Shown: positions 19,097-28,075, counted from the stretch's first letter. The stretch is 64,000 nucleotides of DNA from an uncultured Wenzhouxiangella sp. (GCA_913057195.1 CAJXNL010000006.1:70-64069); one strand, 5' to 3'. The notes: generated by a model from the letters alone, not told the origin. Numbers and translations are program-made.

Positions 19097-19974
19097 TGCC
19101 ACTGGCTCCAATTGGCTAAACACGCATCCAAGGCCTCATCCACAGAGGCCATTTCTTGACCGGTCAGTGTCTCATACTTGGATGGGTCCAAGACCGAGAA
19201 AGCCGGCCTTGGAGCGATCTGTGGCCATTCATCGGAACTGACCGGCATGACATCAACAGGCCGATCCAGCACCCCAAGCTCAACCGCTTTATGGACGGCT
19301 CGCTGAGCCAACTCAAACCAGCTCATGGCCTCCCGATTGACCACATGCAACAGTGTGCAGCCCACCTCCATCTCAGGTGGACGTGCCAAAAGTGACGTCG
19401 TGGCATGGGCCAGCGAGCCGGCCCAGGTGGGTGAACCAATCTGATCATTCACCACGCGAAGCGCTTGACCCTGAGCCGCTTTGCCCAAGATCGCGCTTAA
19501 GAAATTGCCACGCAAAGCGCTGTACACCCAGGCCGTTCTCACGATATACGCGCTGGCGCCTGAAGCGACGACGGCCTCCTCGCCCCGCCGCTTGGTGATG
19601 CCATAGACACTCTGGGGCGCTGGCGCATCGGTCTCTTTCCAAGGCGCATCGCCTGTGCCTGAGAAGACATAGTCCGTTGAGTAGTGCAGCAACCGGGCGG
19701 AATGGACCTTGGCCCAATGCGCCAATTGCTCTGGCAGGCGGTGATTGAGTTGATCGGCCTCGGCTGATGCGGTTTCGGCTTCATCCACGCCGGTCATCGC
19801 TGCCGCGTTAATGATCCAATCGGGGTGGGTGGCATCAAGGAGCGCCGACACCGCGGCGGCATTGGCCAAATCACAGCGGGCCCGATCGACTTCAATCAAA
19901 TCGTCAGCCCCTTGAAGTCGCTCGCTCAGGTGGCGACCCAGCTGGCCTTTTGCACCGGTCAGCAGGATGCGCAT
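19090..19974 (-). CDS. rfbD: dTDP-4-dehydrorhamnose reductase
   Basis: Contains MRILLTGAKGQLG and a YSTDYVF.G motif region. Sits in an operon with rmlB/A/C. Confidence 0.92.
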   Translation of the reverse strand: MRILLTGAKGQLGRHLSERLQGADDLIEVDRARCDLANAAAVSALLDATHPDWIINAAAMTGVDEAETASAEADQLNHRLPEQLAHWAKVHSARLLHYSTDYVFSGTGDAPWKETDAPAPQSVYGITKRRGEEAVVASGASAYIVRTAWVYSALRGNFLSAILGKAAQGQALRVVNDQIGSPTWAGSLAHATTSLLARPPEMEVGCTLLHVVNREAMSWFELAQRAVHKAVELGVLDRPVDVMPVSSDEWPQIAPRPAFSVLDPSKYETLTGQEMASVDEALDACLANWSQWQC

Positions 19975-20519
19975 GAGGGCAACTGACTGTCCGAAATCTC
20001 ACCGAGTGTTGGCGCTTGCTGGTCTTTCTCAGACAGACCATCAATCGCCAATGGCCACTGAACGCCGATGTCTGAATCACCACAGTCGATCGCGCGGTCA
20101 TGTTCACGCCGATAAGGCGCTGTGCATTGGTAGTGAAACGTCGCCGTGGGGCTCAGCACTTGGAACCCATGAGCAAAGCCCGGTGGAATCCACAGCTGTT
20201 GGTGGGCTTGGGCATCCAGGACCACCCCCACCCATTGACCAAACTGAGGGGAGTCATGGCGAATATCCACGGCCACATCGAACACCTCACCTTGGCTGAC
20301 CCACACCAGTTTGCCCTGTGGTTCAGGCCACTGATAGTGCAATCCACGAATCACACCTTGGCTGGAGTGAGAGCTGTTGGTTTGCACGAAGGGCTCAGGA
20401 ATCCCCATGGCCTCGTAATGCTCGCGGCGCCAGTTTTCCATGAACCAGCCGCGATCATCCGAGAACACCCTCGGTTGGATCAGCAGCACCCCATTGAGCG
20501 ACGTCGGTTGGACTTCCAT
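19959..20519 (-). CDS. rfbC: dTDP-4-dehydrorhamnose 3,5-epimerase
   Basis: 186 aa. Segments ...FSDDRGWFMENW...SSHSSQGVIRGLHYQ... are typical of RmlC. Confidence 0.93.
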   Translation of the reverse strand: MEVQPTSLNGVLLIQPRVFSDDRGWFMENWRREHYEAMGIPEPFVQTNSSHSSQGVIRGLHYQWPEPQGKLVWVSQGEVFDVAVDIRHDSPQFGQWVGVVLDAQAHQQLWIPPGFAHGFQVLSPTATFHYQCTAPYRREHDRAIDCGDSDIGVQWPLAIDGLSEKDQQAPTLGEISDSQLPSCASC

Positions 20520-20522
20520 GGG

Positions 20523-21413
20523 CTAGCCATCAAACGAAGCGTCTTGACTGGCCACCCGTCGGAGGTAGTCGCCATACCCACTCGAGACCAGCGGTTCAGC
20601 CAGTGCCAACAGCGCCTGATGATCAATCCATCCCTGGCGATAGGCCATTTCTTCGGGACAGGCCACGCGAAGCCCCTGTCTGGAACTGAGGGTGTTGATG
20701 TAGCCTGCCGCCTGCTGCAGTGACTCATGGGTCCCCGTGTCCAACCACGCGTATCCGCGGCCCATCCGCTCCACCACCAAATCGTCGGCATCCAGGTAGC
20801 ATCGATTGAGGTCGGTGATCTCAATCTCTCCTCGGGGCGAGGGCGTCAATTGAGCGGCAAAGTCACAGGCGCGCTCGTCGTAGAAGTAAAGCCCTGTCAC
20901 CGCATAATTGGACTTTGGTTGAGCAGGCTTTTCTTCCAGCGAGTGCACTTGGCCGCTGGCATCCATCTCAACCACCCCATACCGCTCGGGGTCTTTGACG
21001 TAGTAACCAAAGACCGTGGCTTTGTTGTGACGACTCATGGCACGGGCCAACAGCCGCCCCATGCCATCGCCATGAAAAATGTTGTCGCCCAAAATCAAGC
21101 ACGATGGTTCACCGTTGATAAACGAGCGACCGACAATGAACGCATCTGCCAAGCCCCTGGGGTGTTCTTGAACCGCATAGTCAAGCTCAATGCCCCACTG
21201 GCGACCATCGCCCAAAAGCGTTTGAAAAAGGTGCTGCTCATGGGGGGTGGTGATCAACAAAATCTCGCGTATCCCGGCCTGCATCAGCGTGGACAAGGGG
21301 TAATAAATCATCGGCTTGTCGTAAACGGGCAGCAGCTGCTTGCTGATCACCTGGGTGATGGGATACAGCCGCGTCCCCGCACCGCCTGCCAAAATAATGC
21401 CTTTGCGACTCAT
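20523..21413 (-). CDS. rfbA: glucose-1-phosphate thymidylyltransferase
   Basis: Starts [20 protein letters not shown]. The ATG at 21413 (verified) forms an ATGA overlap with the rfbB stop. Confidence 0.95.
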   Translation of the reverse strand: MSRKGIILAGGAGTRLYPITQVISKQLLPVYDKPMIYYPLSTLMQAGIREILLITTPHEQHLFQTLLGDGRQWGIELDYAVQEHPRGLADAFIVGRSFINGEPSCLILGDNIFHGDGMGRLLARAMSRHNKATVFGYYVKDPERYGVVEMDASGQVHSLEEKPAQPKSNYAVTGLYFYDERACDFAAQLTPSPRGEIEITDLNRCYLDADDLVVERMGRGYAWLDTGTHESLQQAAGYINTLSSRQGLRVACPEEMAYRQGWIDHQALLALAEPLVSSGYGDYLRRVASQDASFDG

Positions 21414-22501
21414 GCCGACGGTGCCTCGGCCGAGGCTTGCACAGCACGGGCACCCCGCAGGCCCAAGCGCTCTTGGCGGTAGCGCCCATCTTGGATGCGC
21501 TGCCACCATGCTGTATGGTCCAAATACCACGACACCGTCTCGGCCAGGCCAGCCTCGAACGTCATTTTGGGGGCCCAGCCCAGCTCACTTTTAATCCGAC
21601 GCGCATCAATCGCGTAGCGACGATCGTGGCCCGGCCGGTCTTCGACAAACTCAATCAACTCGCGCCTGGGTCGCGCCATGGGGACCTGCTGGTCGAGCAA
21701 ATCGCACAAGACATGGACCACCTCTAGATTGGTCATCTCCGCATCGCCGCCAACGTTATAGACCCGACCCGGCTGACCATGATTGAGGGCGGCTTCAATG
21801 GCTCGACAGTGATCCGTCACAAACAGCCAGTCTCGGCACTGCTGGCCGTCGCCATACACGGGCAGTGGCTTGCCATTCAAGGCATTGATGAGCATCAGTG
21901 GGATCAGTTTTTCTGGGAACTGGTACGGCCCGTAATTGTTGGAGCAATTGGTGGTGATCACCGGCAGGCCATAGGTTTTATGCCAGGCCCGTGCCAAGTG
22001 ATCGGCCGCGGCTTTTGAGGCGGCATACGGAGAATTGGGGGCATATTGATGATGCTCATCAAACGCTGGCTCACCAGGTTTGAGAGTGCCGTAGACCTCA
22101 TCGGTGGAGATGTGAACGAACCGAAACCGATCGCGGCGCTGCCCCGACAATCCCGACCAGTATGCCAGCGCCTGATCGAGCATGTTTTGGGTGCCGTTGA
22201 TGTTGGTCCGAATAAAAGCGCCGGGCCCATCAATGGATCGGTCGACATGTGATTCAGCCGCAAAGTGCACCACCGCATCGGGTTGATGCGCAGCCAGCAG
22301 CCCCGAAACCAAATCCTCGTCAACGATATCGCCCTCGACCAATTGGTGCCTGTGGGGGTCGAGGTCGGCCAGTGAGTCTGGATTGCCAGCGTAGGTCAAC
22401 GCATCCAGATTGATGACCTGATGATCGGTGTTGTCGAGCACATAGCGCACGAAATTGGCGCCGATGAACCCCGCACCCCCCGTGACCAAAATCGTTGACA
22501 T
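21410..22501 (-). CDS. rfbB: dTDP-glucose 4,6-dehydratase
   Basis: Contains [18 protein letters not shown] and the catalytic [11 protein letters not shown]. Confidence 0.95.
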   Translation of the reverse strand: MSTILVTGGAGFIGANFVRYVLDNTDHQVINLDALTYAGNPDSLADLDPHRHQLVEGDIVDEDLVSGLLAAHQPDAVVHFAAESHVDRSIDGPGAFIRTNINGTQNMLDQALAYWSGLSGQRRDRFRFVHISTDEVYGTLKPGEPAFDEHHQYAPNSPYAASKAAADHLARAWHKTYGLPVITTNCSNNYGPYQFPEKLIPLMLINALNGKPLPVYGDGQQCRDWLFVTDHCRAIEAALNHGQPGRVYNVGGDAEMTNLEVVHVLCDLLDQQVPMARPRRELIEFVEDRPGHDRRYAIDARRIKSELGWAPKMTFEAGLAETVSWYLDHTAWWQRIQDGRYRQERLGLRGARAVQASAEAPSA

Positions 22502-22545
22502 GTCAGCCCCTTGTCGGTTGGCCTTCGCTAAAAAAACTCACGCCA

Positions 22546-23001
22546 TTAAAACGGAATATCGTCTTCCAACCCCGCGGGTGCACCCTGCGCTGGCGCCTCA
22601 TTGGCCGGCGCGCTCGAGGGCTGACCTTGGGGCGGCCGCTGGTCGAAGCCTGAATCACCGCCACCGCGAGAATCGAGCATTTGCATCTCATTGCCCACAA
22701 TTTCGGTGGTGTATCGATCATTGCCGTCTCGATCTTGCCACTTTCTCGTTTGCAGCCGACCTTCGATGTAGACCTTGCTGCCTTTTTTGAGGTACTCACC
22801 GGCAATTTCACCCAGGCGGCCGAACATCACCACGCGGTGCCATTCGGTATTTTCTCGGGTTTCTCCGGTGGTCTTGTCGCGCCAGGTCTCGGACGTGGCA
22901 AGCGACAGATTGGCAACGGCATTGCCCCCTTGGGTGTGGCGAATTTCAGGATCTGCCCCTAAGTTCCCGATAAGTATTGCTTTATTGATGCCTCGAGCCA
23001 T
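22546..23001 (-). CDS. ssb: single-stranded DNA-binding protein
   Basis: Starts [19 protein letters not shown], with a Gly/Pro/Gln-rich linker and an acidic C-terminal tip DDIPF. The ATG at 23001 (verified) is preceded by GAAGGAGAA. Confidence 0.96.
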   Translation of the reverse strand: MARGINKAILIGNLGADPEIRHTQGGNAVANLSLATSETWRDKTTGETRENTEWHRVVMFGRLGEIAGEYLKKGSKVYIEGRLQTRKWQDRDGNDRYTTEIVGNEMQMLDSRGGGDSGFDQRPPQGQPSSAPANEAPAQGAPAGLEDDIPF

Positions 23002-23051
23002 GACTGCGTGTTCTCCTTCGCGCTTGATGCCCACTGATCTCGAAAGTCTAG

Positions 23052-23066
23052 CACAGCCATCCTTGA
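23052..23066 (+). repeat. right copy of direct repeat CACAGCCA-TCCTTGA
   Basis: Contiguous 15-mer CACAGCCATCCTTGA in the ssb/ispB divergent spacer. It has the same orientation as the split copy at 8857-8879. Confidence 0.4.
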
Positions 23067-23089
23067 ATGGCGCTGTCGTACAACTCGTG

Positions 23090-23118
23090 CCGACACGAGC
23101 GAGTTGGGCTCGTATAAT
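23090..23118 (+). promoter_or_regulatory. candidate sigma70-type promoter for ispB
   Basis: CCGACA (23090-23095), a 17-nt spacer, then TATAAT (23113-23118). The -35 overlaps a perfect 6-4-6 inverted repeat, CTCGTG-CCGA-CACGAG (23084-23099). With this -10 the ispB start is more likely the ATG at 23145 than 23127. Confidence 0.3.
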
Positions 23119-23126
23119 TGTAGGTT

Positions 23127-24140
23127 ATGGAACAAGCCCCAGCGATGCCCCAGATCAATGACCTGACCGAGGTGATGGCGCTCTCTGATCGCGACCGGCG
23201 GGCGGTCGATGCGCTGATTGCCGATCGGTTGCACTCCGATGTGGTGTTGGTCAACAGCATCGCCGAACACATTATTCAAAGTGGGGGGAAACGAATGCGC
23301 CCCCTGGTCCACCTGCTCATTGCCAAGGCCCTCGGCTATCAAGGCACCGACCACATTCAATTGGCTGCGGTGATTGAATTCATCCACACCGCAACATTGC
23401 TTCACGATGATGTGGTTGATGAATCGGCGCGTCGGCGAGGCCAACAAACCGCGCATCAGATTTGGGGGAACGCGCCTTCGGTGCTGGTCGGCGATTTTCT
23501 CTATTCAAGAAGCTTCCAGATGATGGTGGAGCTGGACAATCCCGAAGTGATGAAGATTCTGGCCAACACCACCAACACGATTGCCGCTGGCGAGGTGTTG
23601 CAGCTGATGCAGATGGGCAATGCCGATTTAAGCGTCGACGATTACTTTCGAATCATCTCTGACAAAACCGCGTGCCTGTTTGCAGCCAGCGCAGAACTGG
23701 GTGCGGTGGTGGCTCAAAGCGAAAACCCCAGCATGGATCCTGCCCTTCGCCCCACCATGCGCCAGTTTGGTTTGGCACTGGGCCAGTGCTTCCAAATCAC
23801 AGACGATGTCTTGGACTATCAGGCCGATGATGCCCTGCTGGGCAAAAATATTGGTGATGACTTGGCTGAGGGCAAAGTCACCTTGCCTTTGATTCTGGCC
23901 TTACAGCAAGGCACAGCGCCCCAGCAGGCCATGATCCGATCCGTGATTGAATCATCCAACCTGGACCAGCTGGATGCGGTGTGTAATGTCTTGACCGAGC
24001 TGGATGCCCTCCGCCAAGCCAAGGAGCAAGCCGAGCGTTTGGCCGAGGAAGCCCAGTCAAGCCTCGATCACTTGCCACCGACGCTGGAGCGTGACGCGTT
24101 GGGCGTTTTAATCCAGCATGCGGTTTACCGCGAGCAATAA
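23127..24140 (+). CDS. ispB: octaprenyl-diphosphate synthase (polyprenyl synthetase)
   Basis: Contains GGKRMRP, first DDxxD (LLHDDVVDES) and second DDxxD (QITDDVLDY). Start at 23127 or 23145. Confidence 0.93.
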   Translation: MEQAPAMPQINDLTEVMALSDRDRRAVDALIADRLHSDVVLVNSIAEHIIQSGGKRMRPLVHLLIAKALGYQGTDHIQLAAVIEFIHTATLLHDDVVDESARRRGQQTAHQIWGNAPSVLVGDFLYSRSFQMMVELDNPEVMKILANTTNTIAAGEVLQLMQMGNADLSVDDYFRIISDKTACLFAASAELGAVVAQSENPSMDPALRPTMRQFGLALGQCFQITDDVLDYQADDALLGKNIGDDLAEGKVTLPLILALQQGTAPQQAMIRSVIESSNLDQLDAVCNVLTELDALRQAKEQAERLAEEAQSSLDHLPPTLERDALGVLIQHAVYREQ

Positions 24141-25489
24141 GCCGTCACTGCTTTCACAAACTGCCGGCCCCGATCCTCAAAGTCACTGAACTGTCCGAAA
24201 CTCGGTGACCCCGGACTCAGGAGCACCGCCACTGGGGCAGCGCTGGGTGATTGGCGGGCCCAGTCATCGGCTTGTGCAACGGCCTCACCCATGTCCCGTG
24301 CTTGACTGATCCGCGCGGGCGAAATGACCCCGGCATCGCTCAGCGTCTGAGCAATCGCCGGGCCACACGCAGGCAATGTAACCAGCGCTTTGATGGGGTG
24401 GCTTTGCAAGTGCTCCATGACCACCGCCCAGTCGCCGCCGCGATCTTGCCCCCCCACAATCAACACCACATCTCGATCGATTAAGGCCTCGAGCGCCGCC
24501 CGAGTGGCGTGAGGGCTGGTGGCGATGGAGTCATTGATCCACACCGCCGAGGCGGTTTGATGAACCACTTCCAACCGATGCGCCAAGGGCGTGAAGTCAG
24601 CCAGGGCTTGGCTGGCGATGTGCGCATCCAAGCCCAAGGTGGCCACAGCAGACAGAGCCATCACCGCGTTGTCGAGGTTATGACGTCCAGGCAAAGGCAG
24701 CGCCTCAGCTTCGATCCAGACATCGGACTCGGCCATGATTCGATGCCCATCGTGCACGATGGGCGCCGCGGGGTCGGGACGTGTCGGATGACAGGGATAG
24801 AGATTGGCACGCCCAGCGTAGGCGGCCATCAGCACCGGATCAGCCGCATTGACCAGCACAGGGTTTGGATCGGCCAGATCAAATAAGCGCGCTTTGGCCG
24901 CGTAATACGGCGCCACCCCACCGTGCCAGTCGGTGTGCTCAGGAAACAGTCGTGTGATGATGCCCAGACGAAGGCGCCCAACCACATCGGTGAGCTGAAA
25001 GCTCGACAATTCCGCCACCACGCCATCGAGCGTCTCGCAGTCGGGCCGAGCGAGCAACCCCACCAGGGGCTCACCGATGTTGCCAGCCACCACCACGTGC
25101 TGACCCATGGCCTGCAGCAGATGGCCCAGGAGCGCGGTGGTGGTGCTCTTGCCTTTTGAGCCGGTCACACCAATCACCGGGACCTCAGGGCGCTCAGCAA
25201 ACCAAATCGATGAGGGATTGACAACGCGCCCGCCGCGCGCCCGATAGCCCTCCAAAGCCGGATGGGTGTCTGGGATGCCTGGTGAGCGAATCACGACATC
25301 AAAATCCGCCAGGCGATCATCGAAGGCTTCGACGCGCGCGCAGTCGGTATCTGGGGTCGGGCCTGATTCTGTCCACACCGTGGGTGAGTGGCTCAGCCCG
25401 TGCGCTTGAAGCACGCCCTGACACGCTTGGCCCTCCCGACCGAAACCCAAAATGGCCAAACGCAGGCTCGCCAACTCAGCCAGCGTCAT
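24125..25489 (-). CDS. murD2: Mur ligase, MurD-like; probable UDP-MurNAc-L-Ala--L-Glu ligase (MurD2 type)
   Basis: 454 aa with the GVTGSKGKST P-loop and full-length MurD architecture. It has WINDSIATSP where E. coli MurD has NDSKATN. It is not in a dcw context. Its ATG overlaps (ATGA) the stop of the upstream PP-loop gene. Confidence 0.65.
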   Translation of the reverse strand: MTLAELASLRLAILGFGREGQACQGVLQAHGLSHSPTVWTESGPTPDTDCARVEAFDDRLADFDVVIRSPGIPDTHPALEGYRARGGRVVNPSSIWFAERPEVPVIGVTGSKGKSTTTALLGHLLQAMGQHVVVAGNIGEPLVGLLARPDCETLDGVVAELSSFQLTDVVGRLRLGIITRLFPEHTDWHGGVAPYYAAKARLFDLADPNPVLVNAADPVLMAAYAGRANLYPCHPTRPDPAAPIVHDGHRIMAESDVWIEAEALPLPGRHNLDNAVMALSAVATLGLDAHIASQALADFTPLAHRLEVVHQTASAVWINDSIATSPHATRAALEALIDRDVVLIVGGQDRGGDWAVVMEHLQSHPIKALVTLPACGPAIAQTLSDAGVISPARISQARDMGEAVAQADDWARQSPSAAPVAVLLSPGSPSFGQFSDFEDRGRQFVKAVTAYCSR

Positions 25490-26832
25490 GGTTGAAGCTC
25501 GGAGGGCAATGCATGCGGCGACTGAATTGCCAGAAGGGTGTCAATTGGCGGCACCGTCACTGAAGCGAGCTTGGGCGCCAACGCAGCCACCACAGCGTGA
25601 CTGGCCCAGCGATCGGACCGACTCAAGCTTTGGATCGCACACCGCGCCTCATCGGCCTGCCCCACGCATTCGAAGGGCTTGTGGCCATCGAGCGCAAGCA
25701 GCTGATTGAAGCCATCAATGGCATGCTCATCCGCCAACAAATCACGGCCAAAAATGGCCACCAGCTCAGCCGGGGTCATCCAAACAGCCAACACCAAATA
25801 GACAAATCGGCACTTTGGACACGCCCCACACCAGCGGGTTCGGGCCCGCTTTTTCGGGTCAATGTGGAAGTTGCGGTTACACGAACTAAACTCGCCATGA
25901 TAGGTGGGCATCGTTGCAAACGTTTTCGCAATCGACAACTCTGTTCGCGCACGAAGAATCGAAAACACCCTTAAATCCTGAGCGATGTAGCGCGCGACCC
26001 AGTCGGCCCAAAGTTGCTCAAACCCCCACGATTTTGAAAACTGATGATTGACCGGTCGATTGGAGGCATCCATCAATGTGGGCTCGTCGGCCGATCGCTC
26101 ATTGGCAAAAACCACCCAATGGGCATCCAATAAGATCGCCAATACAGTCAATGCCGCCGTATTGATCGCGGTGATCGGCACATGGCCATTCATGGCGCCT
26201 CGCGCGTTCAATGCTTGGAGCTTTGGATCAAGCTGGCGGGCAATCACCCAGTGTTTCCTCACATCGCCACGGGCCACCATGCTTTGAGCCAAAGATTGGA
26301 TGGCGGGCGCCTGTCCGATTTGGACGCTCATGATCTGCCCACCAAAGCCTTGATCCACTAAGCGGCGCCATGCCACCAGAGAGTCTTTGCCCCCGCCCAA
26401 AGGCAACAGGATGACCGATCCCAAGCCCAGCGAGTCCGCGTTGGCCGTCTCCCCATCCGACGCGCACCGCGGGGCAGGCGGAAATTGCGTACGATCCAAA
26501 CCTTGGTGATGCGCAAACTCGGCCAAACCCTCCCGATAAATCTGATCCAACCACTGGCCTTGCGCAGGCGTGGGCACACGTTGAGTGGCCTCAAAGCGAG
26601 GCGGACAAAACGCTTTGAAATAGCTCACTCCTGCAATCCAATGCAACGCATCGAGGGCATTGTCCAAAGCCTGCTGACGCTGGCGTGTGGCGCACCGGCC
26701 CGGTGGCATAAAAAAGGTCTCGGTGAAATGCTCGTCATCCAGCCGATAGTTCAGCTTGACTTGGCCGGTGTCTGGATCGTGGTGGCGATCCGCCAAGACA
26801 AAGCGCTCAGGCGTTGGCTGCATCGCCCTCAC
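25486..26832 (-). CDS. murL: PP-loop/Zn-Cys protein; probable UDP-MurNAc-L-Ala-L-Glu epimerase (MurL type)
   Basis: 448 aa with the PP-loop-like LPLGGGKDSLVAW and the C-terminal cysteines SSCNRNF...RWCGACPKCRF. It is translationally coupled to the murD-like gene downstream. Confidence 0.55.
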   Translation of the reverse strand: MRAMQPTPERFVLADRHHDPDTGQVKLNYRLDDEHFTETFFMPPGRCATRQRQQALDNALDALHWIAGVSYFKAFCPPRFEATQRVPTPAQGQWLDQIYREGLAEFAHHQGLDRTQFPPAPRCASDGETANADSLGLGSVILLPLGGGKDSLVAWRRLVDQGFGGQIMSVQIGQAPAIQSLAQSMVARGDVRKHWVIARQLDPKLQALNARGAMNGHVPITAINTAALTVLAILLDAHWVVFANERSADEPTLMDASNRPVNHQFSKSWGFEQLWADWVARYIAQDLRVFSILRARTELSIAKTFATMPTYHGEFSSCNRNFHIDPKKRARTRWCGACPKCRFVYLVLAVWMTPAELVAIFGRDLLADEHAIDGFNQLLALDGHKPFECVGQADEARCAIQSLSRSDRWASHAVVAALAPKLASVTVPPIDTLLAIQSPHALPSELQP

Positions 26833-27955
26833 TCAATGCCCGCGGCCAAGCACGGAGCACAGCGCTGACCACGGTCGCCAAGGGAATGGCAAAAAATACG
26901 CCCCAAAATCCCCAGATGCCGCCAAAGACCAGAATGGCTGTGATGATCGCCACCGGGTGCAAACTCACCACCTCTGAAAACAATACGGGCACCAGCACAT
27001 TGCCATCCAGCGCTTGGATCACCGCATACGCGATCATCACCCACCAAAATTCTGGGCCCAATCCACCAAAGTGCACCAGCGCCACCACCGCGATCGGAAT
27101 GGTCACCACCGCGGCACCAATGTAGGGAATGATGACCGACAGCCCGACCAACAGCGACAGCAGTAATGCAAATGGCAACCCCAACAGCAAAAAGACCACG
27201 TAGGTCACACTCCAAACAATGACGATCTCAAGGGCTTTGCCCCGAACATAGTTGCCAATCTGTGCATCAACATCTCGCCACACCTGAGTCACCAAGCCTC
27301 GATCTTTGGGCGTGTGCGCACGCACCCACGCCATCAAACGGTGCTTGTCTTTTAAAAAGAAAAACACCAACACCGGCATCAAGACCAAAAAGATCAGCAA
27401 ACTCACCAGCCCCATCACCCCTGAAAAAGACACCAGCCGTGCCCCATAGTTGATCAGCTCCGCACTGGTGGCCTCCAGCAATGCGCTGAGCTGATCTTGG
27501 GAGATCAACGCCAACGGCATCTCATCCTCACTCAATGCGCGCGCACCGATGCTTTGATTGGGATCCGGGTTCGGGCCAGAAATCAAATTGGGGTATCGCT
27601 CGGGCAACGTGCCCAACCACGCCTGGCCTTGGGCCACATAGCTTGGCAATTGTTGCAAGATCGCTGCGACTTGGCGCGTGATCAGTGGCAGCAAACCAAA
27701 CAGCAAAAACACCAGCACCGCCATAAACCCTGTAAACACCACGCTCACTGACAACAGCCGCGGCAGACCCAACCGTCGCAATCGACCCACCACCCCCTCG
27801 AGCAGATAAGCAATCACCAACGCAGCCACCACCGGGGTGAGCATTTGGCCGAAAAAAATAATCACCAGCACCCCCACCACCAGCGACATCGCCAGCAAGA
27901 ACACTTGGGGATCGCTGAAGGTGCGGGTCAGCCAGTGGTTCAGTCGCTGAATCAT
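26807..27955 (-). CDS. AI-2E family transporter (PerM/YhhT-like, UPF0118)
   Basis: 382 aa with about 8 TM segments. The distal segments ...VIIPYIGAAVVTIPIAVVAL..., ...NVLVPVLFSEVVSLHPV... and GGIWGFWGVFFAIPLA are typical of the family. Confidence 0.85.
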   Translation of the reverse strand: MIQRLNHWLTRTFSDPQVFLLAMSLVVGVLVIIFFGQMLTPVVAALVIAYLLEGVVGRLRRLGLPRLLSVSVVFTGFMAVLVFLLFGLLPLITRQVAAILQQLPSYVAQGQAWLGTLPERYPNLISGPNPDPNQSIGARALSEDEMPLALISQDQLSALLEATSAELINYGARLVSFSGVMGLVSLLIFLVLMPVLVFFFLKDKHRLMAWVRAHTPKDRGLVTQVWRDVDAQIGNYVRGKALEIVIVWSVTYVVFLLLGLPFALLLSLLVGLSVIIPYIGAAVVTIPIAVVALVHFGGLGPEFWWVMIAYAVIQALDGNVLVPVLFSEVVSLHPVAIITAILVFGGIWGFWGVFFAIPLATVVSAVLRAWPRALSEGDAANA

Positions 27956-27987
27956 GGCTTGATTATAGGGCTTTTGTTGGTCGAAAC

Positions 27988-28042
27988 GGCCAAAGACCGG
28001 CCGACCTCTCCCCGTGAGAGGTCACCGGTGGCTGGCCTTTGG
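27988..28042 (-). other. extended imperfect intergenic stem-loop
   Basis: Perfect 8-bp core GACCTCTC-CCCGT-GAGAGGTC (28003-28023), extended by CCGG/CCGG (27997-28000/28025-28028) and CCAAAG/CTTTGG (27990-27995/28037-28042). It lies between the OMP stop and the AI-2E start. No U-tract follows. Confidence 0.4.
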
Positions 28043-28075
28043 ATCAAGGGGAGTGTTGCGTATAACGGGGAAAAA

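Noticed and set aside
17666-22501. The rml/manC cluster as a horizontally acquired island.
   Set aside because: It is not flanked by an integrase, tRNA or IS element. By eye the base composition matches neighbouring core genes.
24125-25489. Annotating the Mur ligase simply as canonical murD.
   Set aside because: The gene is outside any dcw context and is translationally coupled to a PP-loop protein. It also differs at the NDSKATN D-Glu-binding region. The MurD2 interpretation fits better, though it is unproven.
27953-27967. TATAAT on the minus strand only 6 nt upstream of the AI-2E ATG, suggesting a possible leaderless mRNA.
   Set aside because: It is a single hexamer with no convincing -35, and it could easily occur by chance. 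Transcript-start data would be needed. It is noted but not called.
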